From Tubiluchus corallicola (Eukaryota; Animalia; Priapulida): a DNA stretch of 64,000 nt. The stretch spans positions 124,001 to 188,000 of the forward strand of contig JAQGDQ010000231.1 in the NCBI GenBank assembly GCA_030141605.1. Direction: 5' to 3'. The position numbers and the translations under genes are program-made. The notes beneath the pieces were generated by a model, which ran no database searches, had not been told where the DNA came from, and was given only the letters and a program-made list of their open reading frames with translations. Within the stretch, counting starts at the first letter, position 1. Every line of letters starts with the position of its first letter. Shown piece by piece: positions 28,595-41,717 of the stretch.

Positions 28595-29085
28595 TTGGAT
28601 AGGCATTTACACTGGGAAACTGCCGACACAGTAACAGAACATTTTATTCGACTCTCCCAATTAGGGAAACATTTGTTGTAAACCCCAGAAATTTTAAACT
28701 GCTGTTTCCCTGTTTTTTCTTCGTGAAATTGAATGCAGCTTTTAATGCTGACGTCTACGCATGCCTACCAAGGGCATAGCAGAGTCCGAATTTCTGTTTT
28801 ACCCTATGGAGATCGGGAATGATAACTTCTACAGTTAGAAAAACATGCTGAACATTCATAAAAAGCGATCAGATCGCGGACAAATCTGGTAGGCACATAC
28901 GCTTAGGAACTATCCGGCAACACAGTAATGGAGAGCTTTTCTGAACCATTCCCTTTTTCAGGGTATACTTTTTGGGTAATCCCAGAAGATTTCAAAGTAG
29001 TATTTTTCCGCCATTTTTTCGCCAAATTGAATGCGGCTTTCGGTGCTGCTGTCTATGCATGCGTACCAAGGGTGTAACAGGACCT
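28595..29085. repeat. Diverged tandem duplication, unit about 290 bp
   Basis: Blocks such as ACACAGTAA, CCCAGAA, AAATTGAATGC.GCTTT and GCATGC.TACCAAGGG occur twice in the same order. Confidence 0.6.
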
Positions 29086-29920
29086 CACACAGCGTCAAAT
29101 TTGGATTCCTCCCCATGAAGTGTTACCTACTTTGTAGTCAATAATTTTTACATTTTATTTTGTCGCACTTGACGAACCACAGCATGAATGGAACACTACA
29201 AATGAAATATGATTATAATGGGCTTTATTGCTAATGTTAATGATATTGTTAATTATTTACAAATGATTGTCTTTCAACTATATAACAAAGTTGTGCTAAC
29301 GACAATGAGCTGTCTGACAAGTCGTCAAGTGAAGACGTCAGAGAATTGATATTTTCTAGTTATAGCATGGCATGCAGACATTTAAATTTTATTTGATATA
29401 TATCATAATAAACGATTTAACAGTAACATTATGTTGTGTGGTGTGCTAGAATTATTAGCAAGATATTTGTGTGCTTCAATATTTAAAAATAGAACATAAA
29501 ATAAAAATTAACCAGCAAACAATGAATTGGGCTAGACCCTTTCAACATTTCCAGGCAAAGTAATAGGTTTTGTTTGATCGCAAAACAAAAGAAAAAGTCC
29601 ATACTGCTAAAGTAATGGTTTACAAAGAACGAAAAAGCAGCAATAAGCAAAAATTTCACTTTAAGTGCTACAAAATGGCGGTATCGCCAAAGGTCTTTTT
29701 ATTATTACCGAAATAATAATAATAATAATAATAATATATATATATACCGCCCCATATATATGACAATCGCCCGCATAATTGAATATCTTAGCGCAAATAG
29801 CTTGTTGTATTCAACTATTCGAGTTACTTATTTTTATGTAAAATTTATGATGTGGCTAAACTAAAGGTTTAGTTTAATATCTTTGTTTATTGTGTTATAA
29901 TTATATTGTGCTGTATTAAT

Positions 29921-30364
29921 TGTATTGTATTGTATTGTATTGTATTGTATTGTATTGTATTGTATTGTATTGTATTGTATTGTATTGTATTGTATTGTAT
30001 TGTATTGTATTGTATTGTATTGTATTGTATTGTATTGTATTGTATTGTATTGTATTGTATTGTATTGTATTGTATTGTATTGTATTGTATTGTATTGCAT
30101 TGCATTGTATTGCACTGTGTTGTATTGTATTGCATTGTATTGTATTGCATTGCATTGCATTGTATTTTATTTTATTTTATTTTATTGTATTGTATTGTAT
30201 TGCATTGCATTGCATTGCATTGCGTTGCGTTGCGTTGCGTTGCGCTGTGCTGGGCTGCGCTGCGCTGCGCTGTGCTGCGCTGTGCTGTGCTGTGCTGTGC
30301 TATGCTGTGCTGTACTGTACTGTACTGTACTGCACTGAACTGTACAATTGTACTGTGCTGTATT
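29921..30364. repeat. Compound pentanucleotide microsatellite, (TGTAT)n grading into related pentamers
   Basis: Directly visible; source of the YNTIQ and CIVLY pseudo-ORFs. Confidence 0.97.
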
Positions 30365-31635
30365 CATCAGTAAACTGATTATCATTACATCACCAAGGCG
30401 AAAGCACCATAACAACAAAGTATAATTCTAATTTGGTTTGTCTTTTGATATTTTTAATTGAGTTAATTACCGATTACGATTAAGTACCACGTTTACATTT
30501 GACTTGTCTAAGTCACATTTCACTTACCAAAACATATTTGAAATTTTTGTGTCTAAACTTGACTTACCTAAGTCATATTTGAACTTACTAGTTATTAGTA
30601 AGGAGAAGTTACTAGAGCCAAGAACATGATCCAAACCACGGTGGTAACTTGAAATAAAAATCAACTTAACGAGTACTCCATAATTTTATTACTTAAGCTC
30701 TAATAATGTTGTCGTCGTGAACGACCGAAAATCATAAAAAATACATTATAATTTCCAATTAGATGAATAACCTGTAAAACCGCTGTTACTGTAGTAGATG
30801 TGGCTTCTATCGATCTGTTACCTATTCTAAAAATGTGCTTAACCTAATGGTGAACGTCTTGCTCTAGTTTTGATATATTCTATACTACTACTTGGTTGTT
30901 ATAAGATATTATATGCGGATATCTTTTTACCTATATTTCTGTTGAAACTTCTACATCAATAAAAGTTTAAAGTGTATTCGATTGTTATACCTTTTGTCAA
31001 TACGACAAATGTAAAACGTGCAAGTTAAGCTGGAAAAGTAGTCATCATTCCTATTATATAACATCCACACATAATTCCTTGGATTGATGTAATGAGTATA
31101 CTGAATTATTACGATAATGCAGCATAAAAAATTACTTTTTAAAGTTGGGATGCCGAAACCGAAATGCATTTTAATTCTTGATCTCACTGAGAGGTAGTTC
31201 GCATTAGTAATTACAACATTTTTAATGTCGCAAACTGCTGTGCTCCTTTGCTGCTTTGGCCGTCATTTAATTGTAATTTGGTTGTTAATAAGCTAATAAT
31301 AATCCTAAAAATAATAGAATTCACGTGTTATCCAAATGACCCAAAAATGAATAATTACGTATGTATGTACAAAATATAGAAGGTATATTAATGGTGTCTA
31401 AAAAACGAAATGCTAAAAAGATTCATAAATAAAAAATACAGGAGTAGCAGAACCTAAGAGAACAAGCTGCAACGTGTTGTCCCAAAGGAAACACTTATGC
31501 ACGAGACTGCCAGACTACTATGCTTTAGCACCAGTGTGTAACTTTTTAATGGTTTAATGACTACATAGAACATTTTTCACGTTTTCTGACGTTTTTCCTG
31601 TCTCCTGGCGTATTTGGCAACACGGTGAACGGAGT

Positions 31636-31706
31636 TTAACTGTCTCTGTTTCGTCTGCGCTTCACTCCCGAACCAAGATAAGGAACTAAAGTTTTCAATT
31701 TCGGTT
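31636..31706 (-). CDS. Collagen module B terminal exon ((E)PKLKTLVPYLGSGVKRRRNRDS*)
   Basis: TTATTTTCAG acceptor, phase 1, 71 nt, gap-free paralog of 16917-16987 with conserved KLKT, YLG, KRRRNR and TAA. Confidence 0.75.
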
Positions 31707-33427
31707 CTGAAAATAACAAAATGGTAAAAGTGAGTATTTAGAATAATGTCACAAACAAAGATAATATTAATCGTGAAAGTCAGGGCATAAGAGCGATGTT
31801 CATGGCTTGTGGCGTAATGATCATCAGGGTAATCTTAACAGCATTGTAAGTCTGGCCAAAGAATTAACGGGGCACTTATCCAAAAATGTAAATGGTTGGC
31901 ATACTTAAACCAATGGGTCTAATGTGCAAACATAAAAAACATGCTGTGAAGGGAGGATTGGTGAACACATAGCTATGAAAAACATAATATGCCTAGAAAA
32001 GCACAAAACACACATCATACAGTTGAACCATGCAATGACCACAGGTATTTAGTGACCTAGAATTATCTAAAAACACCTAACAAATTGTAATCTGACAATC
32101 TCCTATATGAACAATATGGCAACTTCAGGCTCTGGGCATGTGGCTAGTGCGCCCACATTTTAACATGACCTTCATCATCATGACAAAGCTTACTATACAA
32201 AATTAGTATCAAACTGATGATTCTTTTGGTTGTTGAGCGCTGCTAAATTAAATAAAGGCACCACATTAACATTTTCTTTCATATTTTGAATAAAACGTAA
32301 AATCTCTTGTTTCAAATATTTTCGTAATTATAAAGACAACAAGAAAAAAGCGAAAATAATTTTGATAACGTAGCGGAAAGTTGCATTTCGCGATTTAAAT
32401 ATTTCAAGTAGCATTTCATTTATTTTAAATATTAGTCATAATAAAATAAAAAGTTCTAAAAGTTTATAAGCAGAACATTTTACAGAAATGACCATTCTAT
32501 AAAAAAGCTCTGCAGGTCATGAACAGCAGGCGTTGCAAAAGGTCCTGTAATTTCATGGTTTCCGTGCGATACCAAAATAAAGATCCTTTAGCAGCACTAC
32601 CCCAGCTGCTGTTCAGAACAGATTTTTGGAATGCAACTGTCAGCAGCTAATCATAAAATATGGAAACAGAAATAATTCGGTATTTTCTATAGGCTTAAAA
32701 TTTATTATAAGCCTATAATTGCTGGGCGATTCCCCTAGCTAATCAGCACGTTCTACAGTTCATTAACTTACATTGCTACCTATTAGCAGCAGTTATAAAT
32801 ACTAGTCTGCTACGTATGTAGTTTGTCAGCTATTTTTGAGAGCACAAGATCGCCACTATGATGCTTGTTTTTGCGTGACAGCAGTATGATTATTGCTAAC
32901 CTTTTTCATTAGGTGCTTAACACATTTGTAGTTTAGTTATGAAGTTATACGACCACCAATTCATTAGCTATGAGTATCAAAGTTGATTTTTTTTGTTTAT
33001 ATACACAGTGTTTGTAATGAAGTAATTATAGGTCCCCATTTACATTAAATTTTATTATATTAAGATACTGTTGATCATTACAATAAGCGATAAAGTGTAT
33101 TAATTTCTGATGTTCAGCTAATTAAATGATTAGCTAGACCCTTCTGTTTGTGAGCACTAATTGGCATTAACCGATTCTGAGCCACAAGGATAAAGACAGC
33201 AATTTCAGTTAAGACAGAATAATTTCAAAAGCGGCTTGAGCTCTTAAATGTCTCGTATTCAAATTCCTACTTGGTAAACAATTCTTTACTGTACAATTCT
33301 TCTCCACACTACCACTTTGTTGAACAAATTAAACCTGAAAATCGCTAAATGGACAACATAATTTCTCGGACTTCGTATTCAATTTTCGTATTTAAGCCAT
33401 TTATTGAGTAAAATGCTAAAATCTTAC

Positions 33428-35038
33428 CTTTATGAGGTCTGTATGTGCCAGGTAGCCCAGGAATACCTGGTTTACCTGGTGGACCATAAGATCCAGGAGG
33501 ACCTGGTACTCCTTTCAGACCTTGAGGTCCTGGTATACCCATAAGACCGGGATCACCTTTGTCTCCTTTATCTCCTTTGTCACCTTTTGGACCACTTGGG
33601 CCGGGTCCACCTGGCATGCCAGGATCACCTGGTCCTCCATCTGTTCCATTTATACCCGGTATACCAGGCCATCCATCTAATCCGGGAATTCCTGGAAAAC
33701 CACGTGGACCTCTTTGCCCAATTAAGCCAGGTAATCCATCAAGCCCATCAAATCCTGGTACTCCAGGATAACCCTTGTCTCCCTTCTCCCCCTTGGGGCC
33801 TGGGTATCCTGGAGTTCCATCTTCACCATTTTTACCATCATCTCCAGGATCCCCCTTTTCACCTCTCTCACCTTTGTCGCCTTTTTCCCCCTTTTCACCT
33901 CTCTGTCCAGCAAGACCATGTTGGCCAGGAACTCCTTGGGCACCGGTTTCGCCTCTTACACCAGGAAGACCAAGATCTCCTTGTTGACCATTTACTCCAT
34001 CTACACCTGGTAGTCCAGTGTCTCCTTTGTCACCTTTATGCCCTTTTTCTCCTGGGTCACCTTTATGTCCTTTATTACCAGGAGCACCAGGAGCACCTGG
34101 CGTTCCTGGTGAACCAGGTGCACCAGGATGTCCTTTAGGACCCTCTAGACCTTTCGCTCCTACTGGTCCTGGTGGTCCTATTGGTCCAATTGAGCCTGGA
34201 GGTCCATCATATGGCCCAGGAGGTCCAGGTGGTCCAGGTGGTCCAGGCCACCCTCTCCTACCTTTTTGGCCTTTAGATCCACTTGGGCCTGAAAGTCCTT
34301 CTGGTCCAGATGGACCAGGTGGGCCTGTTACAGTTTTTCCAGGTCGCCCTTGTCTACCTCTTGGGCCTTTAGGACCACTTGAGCCTCTGCGTCCTTTTGG
34401 TCCAGTTGCACCAGATGGACCTGCAACAGTTAACCCAGAAGGACCACTTGGACCGGTAAGACCCATAGGACCTGGTGGGCCTGTTACTGTATTCCCAGGT
34501 GGCCCACTCGGGCCATCATCACCTGTAGGACCTGGCGGGCCTGTGGGACCTGGTGGGCCTGAGGGACCTGGTGGGCCTGTTACTGTTTTCCCAGGTGGCC
34601 CGCTCGGGCCATCATCACCTGTAGGACCTGGCGGGCCTGAAGAACCTGGTGGTCCCGGAGGACCTGGTGGGCCTGTTACTGTATTCCCAGGTGGGCCAGA
34701 AGGGCCATCTGGGCCTGTTGGACCTGGTGGACCAGGTGGACCTGTTACAGCTACTCCTTCTGGTCCACTTGGACCAGATGGGCCTGGAGGACCTGGTGGA
34801 CCAGGTGGGCCTGTTGACCCCTGTGGACCAGGGGGGCCTGTTACAGCTACTCCAGGTGGCCCTGTTGCTCCCCTTGGACCAGGAGGACCAGTTGCTCCGG
34901 TAAATCCTGGTGGACCAGGTGGGCCTGTTACATCATCTCCAGGTGGTCCCACGCCCCCCTTCATACCACGTCGACCCATGGAACCTGGAGGACCTGGTAC
35001 TCCTGGAAGCCCCGGTTGTCCAGGTGGACAGTCGCATG
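33428..35038 (-). CDS. Collagen module B triple-helix exon (537 codons, symmetric phase 1)
   Basis: TTTTGTTTTCACAG acceptor, AAG|GTAAGA donor; starts (A)CDCPPGQPG; C-half closely similar to module A. Confidence 0.95.
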
Positions 35039-36379
35039 CTGTGAAAACAAAACAAAAAGCCAAATAAATGGTAACGCAATTATTATTATCTTTAATTTAA
35101 TAACAACAGCTTAATGATGAGGAATATGTGAACCTATATTGATTACCTGAGAATGTTGATATATCCCAATAAAATGCTCTGAAATCGACATCCTTTGCAA
35201 GTATAGGTTAAAAGATAGCTCTCGCGTGTGGAATCACAAAATCCTGTTTACTAGGTGGGTGCTGCAAGAATACGCTTCCTGCTTTATTATTGCACTGCAC
35301 TATGAAGACGCTGCGGCATTTTATTTCTCTTCTGAACGTATTCGCTTTAATATTGAAATAGCCACACAATAATCTGTCACAATCAATGCAGTAATAGAGA
35401 GGTCTGTTTCACTGTTATCATTGCTGTAGCCAAAGCTAGCTTAGGAGACGCATAAAGACGCATGATCTTTGCAGCTAGGTTGTCAGTAAACTGCCAGGGT
35501 AAGGTCCCAGCACAAATGCATGTCCAACTTAGAAAGCTTCTCCCAATTGCTGAGAATATTTTTTGTAAAATTAGATTAAGATTGAGATTATGATTTTCTT
35601 CTATTTGGCTGATTTGCATAACTTGACATGAATTATATACATACGGTACATACCAGCAAAATAATATTACATTGACAAACGGTAGAACAAACTACAAACC
35701 AATCTTTCAATGTGGAGGAGCGAAGGCTGTATCACGACGCCTCACTCCAGGCTGTGGGTCTGCGGCAGAGCAACTTACAGGGCAGAGAGAAACTAAGTTA
35801 GTTAAATAGTATATACAAAAATAAAGCATACGAAATTGAGTATTTACGACGCAAAAATGTTGTGTTGCAATGCTACTTAAAAGGAGTGGGAAACATACGT
35901 TTAACCTTGTACTGAATAAATAATTTTTGGCAGCAGTGGGTGTTTGCCGGCCAAAGTTGAATACAGGTATATGATGGTTTACGATGACCATAATTAGTAT
36001 GAATAACCAAAAAATAGTAATCGGCAAGCGACGTACGAGTACAACAAGAATGAATTTGCAGAACAGGGATTAAAAATCACGAAAGGCTGGAGGCTGGATG
36101 AAAATATTTACAAATAAACAAATGCTTCAATTGTTTAATGTCTGTACTTAAATCATGTTGTAAATTTCTGAAAATCTACTATGTGTAATCCGTGTAATTG
36201 CAATTGGTTAGTAGTAGATGTTTTACATCACTTTTATACATCTATTTTGTAGTGACTGTATCAATATTTTAATTGGCTAATTTTATACAATATTCCTAAT
36301 GCCTTGGCTAGTTTGGCTTTGACGTAACTAATTTGGTGTTGCGAAGACATTTTAGTGTCAGTCTAAAATACCTAGATAT

Positions 36380-36960
36380 TTAATAATAATAATTAGTAAT
36401 AATTTATTAGCCTGACCTCCCAGATGCGTCCTCGGCTTTGCAGAGTTGAAAATACGAGAAGATCACAGAAAAAATATTGCACTCATTACACAAATTAAAA
36501 TCAAATTGTGTCAGGCGACTAAAATTTACAGAAACAACTAAAATTTGCAGGAACACACGTGAAAATAAAGATGTTTTTAGTCGAGATTTAAGACAAGGAA
36601 GTGGCGGAGGCGTTTTGACATGAAGGGGCAGCTAGGTCCAAAGATACGGGACGGCATAAGCAAATGACCGACAACCATAACATTCTCCCTCTTCAATTTT
36701 TAACCACTAGCTGCAAAATACAATGTGTATCAATATCTGCGCTTTATCTGCTGGGAGACAATAGACAGATCAAGCACGCACTTTAGTTGAGAGACACTTT
36801 ATTATAATTATATGAAACCAACTGCTTAATTTGGGAATTTCTGTATAGACTTCACTTTGAATATCTGCTAAAGAAGGATCTACATAAAAAAATTTTGTAT
36901 TGTCTGCAAATAGGCTGAAGTTTAACAAAGCAAAGACATTTGGCACAGAAATAAAAGAAT
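36380..36960 (-). mobile_element. L2/CR1-group LINE 3' fragment
   Basis: Minus strand reads GCRSFAYAVPYLWT*LP, like the L2 C-terminal G.R.F..A.P.LWN.LP motif, and ends in AATAAA plus ATT repeats. Confidence 0.65.
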
Positions 36961-37879
36961 AATCTTAGAATATAAGAAAGGATCCTAGAATGAACCCCTG
37001 TGCGATATCACACACATGACCAAACCATCCAGGCATGCACGATGTATTTTAGCCAAATGGGTTCTGCAAAATGGATAATTTTTAAAGCAAAACTAGTTCA
37101 ACGTTTTTACACTACAGTGATTTGATTTTTAGAAGAATGTTAAAGACAAGCCTTTCTAACAAATAATAACAATTATTGAACGAAGTAGTTGATTTAGACT
37201 TGTGGACAGACGCCATTTCAGCGCGCTAGAATTTCTCAGGAAATGTCCCAGCGTGATTACAGTGGTGAGCCACTATTGGCAGAGATATGCTGGGCCAAGC
37301 TAGAACCAATGTTACAAAAATATTCATTGAATATATGGCTGCTCTTTAGTGGGTGTAATTTTATCGCCATTATCAGTCTCAATTAAATTACAGATTTATT
37401 TATTAGAACTTTCAAGGTTAACAATCTCTGGCTTATAATTCACGTGATTGAATTTATTTTATTATTTGCAAATTTATTTAAATTAATTGCGTAGTATACC
37501 CTGCGTTTTTTTACTTTTTTTCTCTAACATGACAAAGAATATCTGAACATTTTTGCAGGCATGTTTGTCTAATTCACCATCATTTTCAAAGAGACATTGT
37601 TTGTTTTATTTTCCACTGGTGGTCTAAGTGTGCACATCTTTGTTTTAATATTTGGGTTTTTTTATAAAACAGGTGGGTAATCTTTGCAATCTGGTGTGTA
37701 ACTTCTTCGTGCGTATTAACAATAATATCAGCCGCCAGCTTTAGAACGCCTAAAGACGGCCAAAAATGGTTACGGTTACGGTACAGTACGGTTACGGCCA
37801 AAATGACTGTGTGAATGTCTGATGATATAAAAGGCATAATTGATGGAATCCACACTTATGATGAAATAACAAAAATACT

Positions 37880-38160
37880 CAATATTGATGCCCCTCTTTC
37901 AAATGGTCGTACTATTTGAACTTGGGTAGTTTCCAAACCAAGTTAAAAAGGCAAACATTATGCTCATACACAAATCAGGTAAAAAATCTTTTCCGGTTAA
38001 ACTAAATCAGTAAATTTCGAGGTGACGGAACTGTCTATAGTGCGAACTGCAACAGGGTAGGAGTTTAAGTCCCGGCGGTTTTAGTGCTTACTGAACGATA
38101 TCTACGGCTAGATATGCAAGATTAACAAGATGAAATTGCTTGCGCTGCCTCGTTTCGTAC
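37880..38160 (+). mobile_element. Highly degraded LINE reverse transcriptase fragment
   Basis: Remnants KKANIMLIHKSGKK and LQQGRSLSP. Confidence 0.4.
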
Positions 38161-38329
38161 AAGTGTGTAATAGCTCCCTAATTTTTAAGCTGATTTATTT
38201 AGCAATGCTGGCCGGTTTTTTACACGTCAGAGGCCCATTCTAGCTTTCCATTTTAAGTTATCTGAAATTTTTATTCTCAAAAATTTGAAGCCTTTAAATC
38301 TATGACTATCACAGGTTATGTTTTTCTTA

Positions 38330-39560
38330 TTATTAGAGGTGCTTTTTCGTCAAGTTCTGGTGTAAAATTTGTGTTTTTGAAACGTTCGATTCTGAATTAT
38401 TCAGTTCACACCACCGTACTAAATTTTGAAATTCCGAATGTTTATCGCTCCCGTTATTTTTGCAAATAAGACCACTAAGACTAATGAGAGTGAGTAAGAC
38501 TAAAGGTGGTATCATGCAAATTTACCATCCTAGTATACTGGCAAGTTACTTCCCAGTCGTATCTAAACAAAATGCACAACATGAGTGATAGTATGCAACC
38601 TTGAGAAGCCGCTGTACTAAGGAACCTAAAGTTGAGGAAACGGTACTCCTATCATTACTTGACCTTACGTCGTGCAAGCGCCGGTAAAAAACTCAAGTAT
38701 GAACACAACCAGACATGTATGTTAAGCCTTACATTTTATGATACGTTGAGACATTTATAGTGCAGATAATGGGAAGTAGTAGTGAAAGTAGAACGGAAAT
38801 CGACAAAACAGATTCTGGTATAACAATTACGTTTATCAAGATACATTACTACATCGCAAACTAGGGCTAAGGCGCCATATGTGGAACGATTGGCGCAATA
38901 TATAAACTGAAAGGGACCCAAAAAAGACTTCTGGAAATATAAGGCAAGGCGTTCTGATGTGTTATGGCCACGGGCACAGAGACGTTAACTATGGTAACTG
39001 GGTTCTTTTGGAAGAATGACAACTTCTTAAAAATGTTTAAAAATTTACAGACACTTAAAAACCAATTAGATATGTTGGCTTTTAAGCACACAAGTGGAAA
39101 TATAAGCAAATTCTTTTGAACTGAACAGTATATCGCATGCTGAGGTGCCACGCCGGTCTTGTTAATCTCTTAACTTTCAGTTTAAAGAACTGCCACTGCA
39201 CATCGTTTTCCTGCATAACAAGAGGTAAAAGTAGGCCTATTCGTGTTGTCTAGTATTGGTCCAGTTTCTTTATTCTGTTTGTAACCATAAAAGTATCCAA
39301 TAAAGTGGGCTCGTCTGCCGATGCTAATATTTTTATTGCGGTTTATAATTTGCAATTTTATTTATTCTTTCAACATGCAGATCAGCACTTTTGTCCAGTT
39401 TACAGAGATCGACCACTTGCTGTCTTATCGTACCACGCTTTCTGTTCAAGATTGGTTAATTCAGAAATTCATGTGCAACCATTGCTCTAACCACCGTGCA
39501 ATCGTGATTCTTACAAAATCATTGTTGTATGCTTCCATTTGTGTCGACAAAGCATCTCTT
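38330..39560 (-). mobile_element. Degraded Rex1/Babar-like (CR1 group) LINE RT fragment
   Basis: GPFQFIYCANRST..A, YTRICFVDFRSTF, KFA*DTT and LVRWCELNN..NVSKT motifs across frameshifts; upstream boundary approximate. Confidence 0.7.
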
Positions 39561-39694
39561 TTAAAGCACAAGAAAACCTTTTACTTACATAAAGCTAAAA
39601 AATCGTCTTGAAATTTTAAATTACCTACTCATTGCTTTATTGCTCCTAGAGCCTGTATTAGCAGCAACGCTGTATAAGACGTGAAAATTTAAAC

Positions 39695-40027
39695 ACCTAG
39701 GATGACCGTTAGGAGCAGCCATTTTGACGGTAAGTCGTTTAGATAACATTGTGTACAGTTTGAAAAATAGTCAGAGCATTCGTAGCACACACTTCACTTA
39801 ACTAAGTAAAAGTAAAAATTACTATATCTTGTCGATAAGATAAAATTACGATTTTTGATGAGGCAGTTGTACACACCGGGAAGGTGAGTCAGAACGTTCT
39901 ACCAGTTGGCACGAACATTATAAATTGCTATGATTTTTTTCTAGTTGCATAAGTCTTTCAAGCTGGTGAGCCTAATGCTAAGTAATATATCTTTGTGTGG
40001 AAAGTTTTGTGGGGCATACTTTAAAAT
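39695..40027 (+). repeat. Interspersed repeat, copy 1 (second copy at about 62485-62830)
   Basis: Shared blocks TTTAGATAACATT, TCAGAGCATTCGTAGCAC, AATTACTATATCTTGTC, CACGAACATT in the same order and orientation. Confidence 0.75.
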
Positions 40028-40556
40028 TGTTTTTTCTTCTCTTTAAGAGCAAGGAGACCACGAATATGTACAAGCTCAAATACAGATTTGTAGGAAAAAC
40101 TCTCTATAAGTATCAATGGAATAATTTATCCCAGGGCAGTTGTTGTTCATTCATTTCTAGTTCGTGAAGAAGCTTAAAACCAGTTCAACCGTTCAACGTA
40201 GCCATTAACCTGGGCATGATAACACAAATCAGGAATGTCCTGAATTGTCACTATCATCCATAAATTTTGTATCATATTAGGCTTAATATTATGTATTCAT
40301 ATTGCTATGGCGTGGGTTCAATAGAAATAAGTATCAGAAATCCATAACTTTATTTCACAAAATTGGTAGACTTCCCTATCTCCCGTGCGCACCCGGCGTA
40401 CACAAACATAAAGACAGGCGTGTAAACCCAATTTGTAACACATAATTTCTCTTAGAGTCTGAGGTTTAGAAAGGAACTAGAGAGAAATTATTTAATAGGT
40501 GAAACTCAGTCAAACAACTCCGGAAACACTCGCGTGAGCGTCTTCTTAAAGATGCT

Positions 40557-40878
40557 GTGGATTCTCATACTTCAACAGTCTTTAATAATGTGCTTACAGT
40601 CAATCCGTAAGAAATTGCAAATAATGTGAACTATTGGTTTATTATCTAAATAGTAACTAATTCGCGTGTTGATAACACCGCCAGCCGAGATAAACTGTCA
40701 GCTATTGGCAATAAACGTGGATTCTCATACTTCAACAGTCTTTAATAATGTGCTTACAGTCAATCCGTAAGAAATTGCAAATAATGTGAACTATTGGTTT
40801 ATTATCTAAATAGTAACCAGTTCACGTGTTGATAATACCGCCAGTCGAGATAAACTGTCAGCTATTGGCAATAAACGT
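40557..40878. repeat. 160-bp tandem duplication with about 5 mismatches
   Basis: Units start at 40557 and 40717 (GTGGATTCTCATACTTCAACAG...GGCAATAAAC). Confidence 0.93.
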
Positions 40879-41224
40879 AGTAATGGGGCGAGATATCTTG
40901 TTCCTCTAATTTCTGAAGAATATCGTAAAACTTAAATTCCAAAAAAATAAATGGGAAAAAGTCAGTGTTCATTACTGTGTGGTAGTTTCGCTTTCTTTCA
41001 ATTTCTCACCTTCGCTCATGTACTTGTTCCTTCTTTAACAAATGCCTTAATTTATTACAGCTAGCAAGTTTCCTTTTGCATGGATGATTGCTAGAGTAAC
41101 CGCTTTGCATGAGGATGGTTCTACTGATGATCCTTATGTAAAAGTCAGTAGGTTTCCACTCAAGATCTGGTAAAACTGGCAATTGTAGCTTTATTCGCTT
41201 TAATTCTATAGGTTTTTTTGATGT

Positions 41225-41496
41225 GACGACCTTGACCTTTGACCCTTTGAACCCAAAATTTGTGGGCTTTCAACTATTGGCCAGTTTTGTGATAACAGCT
41301 TCATTTGTTTTCAATTTTGCGAGCTGGATATTTGACCTGTGAAATCAAAATTTATTTATTTTCACCTGTTGTGCCGTTTGCCAAGTTTGGTAACTACAGT
41401 TTCATCCAATTTGATTTAATTTTGCACTCACACACGCGCGCGCGCACACATACACAAACATGCATATATGACTAAACGCCCTGTCCACGGTGGATA
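41225..41496 (+). mobile_element. Possible Helentron-associated (HINE-like) non-autonomous element remnant
   Basis: GACCTTGACCTTTGACC core, CCAAGTTTGG, (CA)n(CG)n microsatellite and a short terminal hairpin TCCAC.GTGGA; family assignment by resemblance only. Confidence 0.45.
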
Positions 41497-41717
41497 AGAG
41501 TAAAAAGACATCGGTAGTGCTTGGTAAACTCAAAGGCCAAAGTTCTTCGTGACGACCTTGATAAAGAGTAGCAGCAGTAATAATTAAGATTGCTGATTTA
41601 ACCATTTTTATAAACAATGTCTTTCCAGATTGTCTCACTAGAAACACGCTCATCTCTCGCTCTTAATTTGGCCCGTCAACTCTACCTAAATAATATTTTG
41701 GATATATCTAACAAGTT

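Noticed and set aside
29861-30418. Six or more ORFs with YNTIQ or CIVLY repeats
   Set aside because: Translations of a pentanucleotide microsatellite.
33559-35067. 349-aa and other plus-strand ORFs over collagen exon B
   Set aside because: Reverse complement of GGN-CCN repeats stays open by construction.
35640-36027. Hydrophobic minus-strand ORF and donor-like sites as a signal-peptide exon for collagen B
   Set aside because: Both candidate donors (near 35653 and 35779) have in-frame stops just upstream in the required phase-1 frame.
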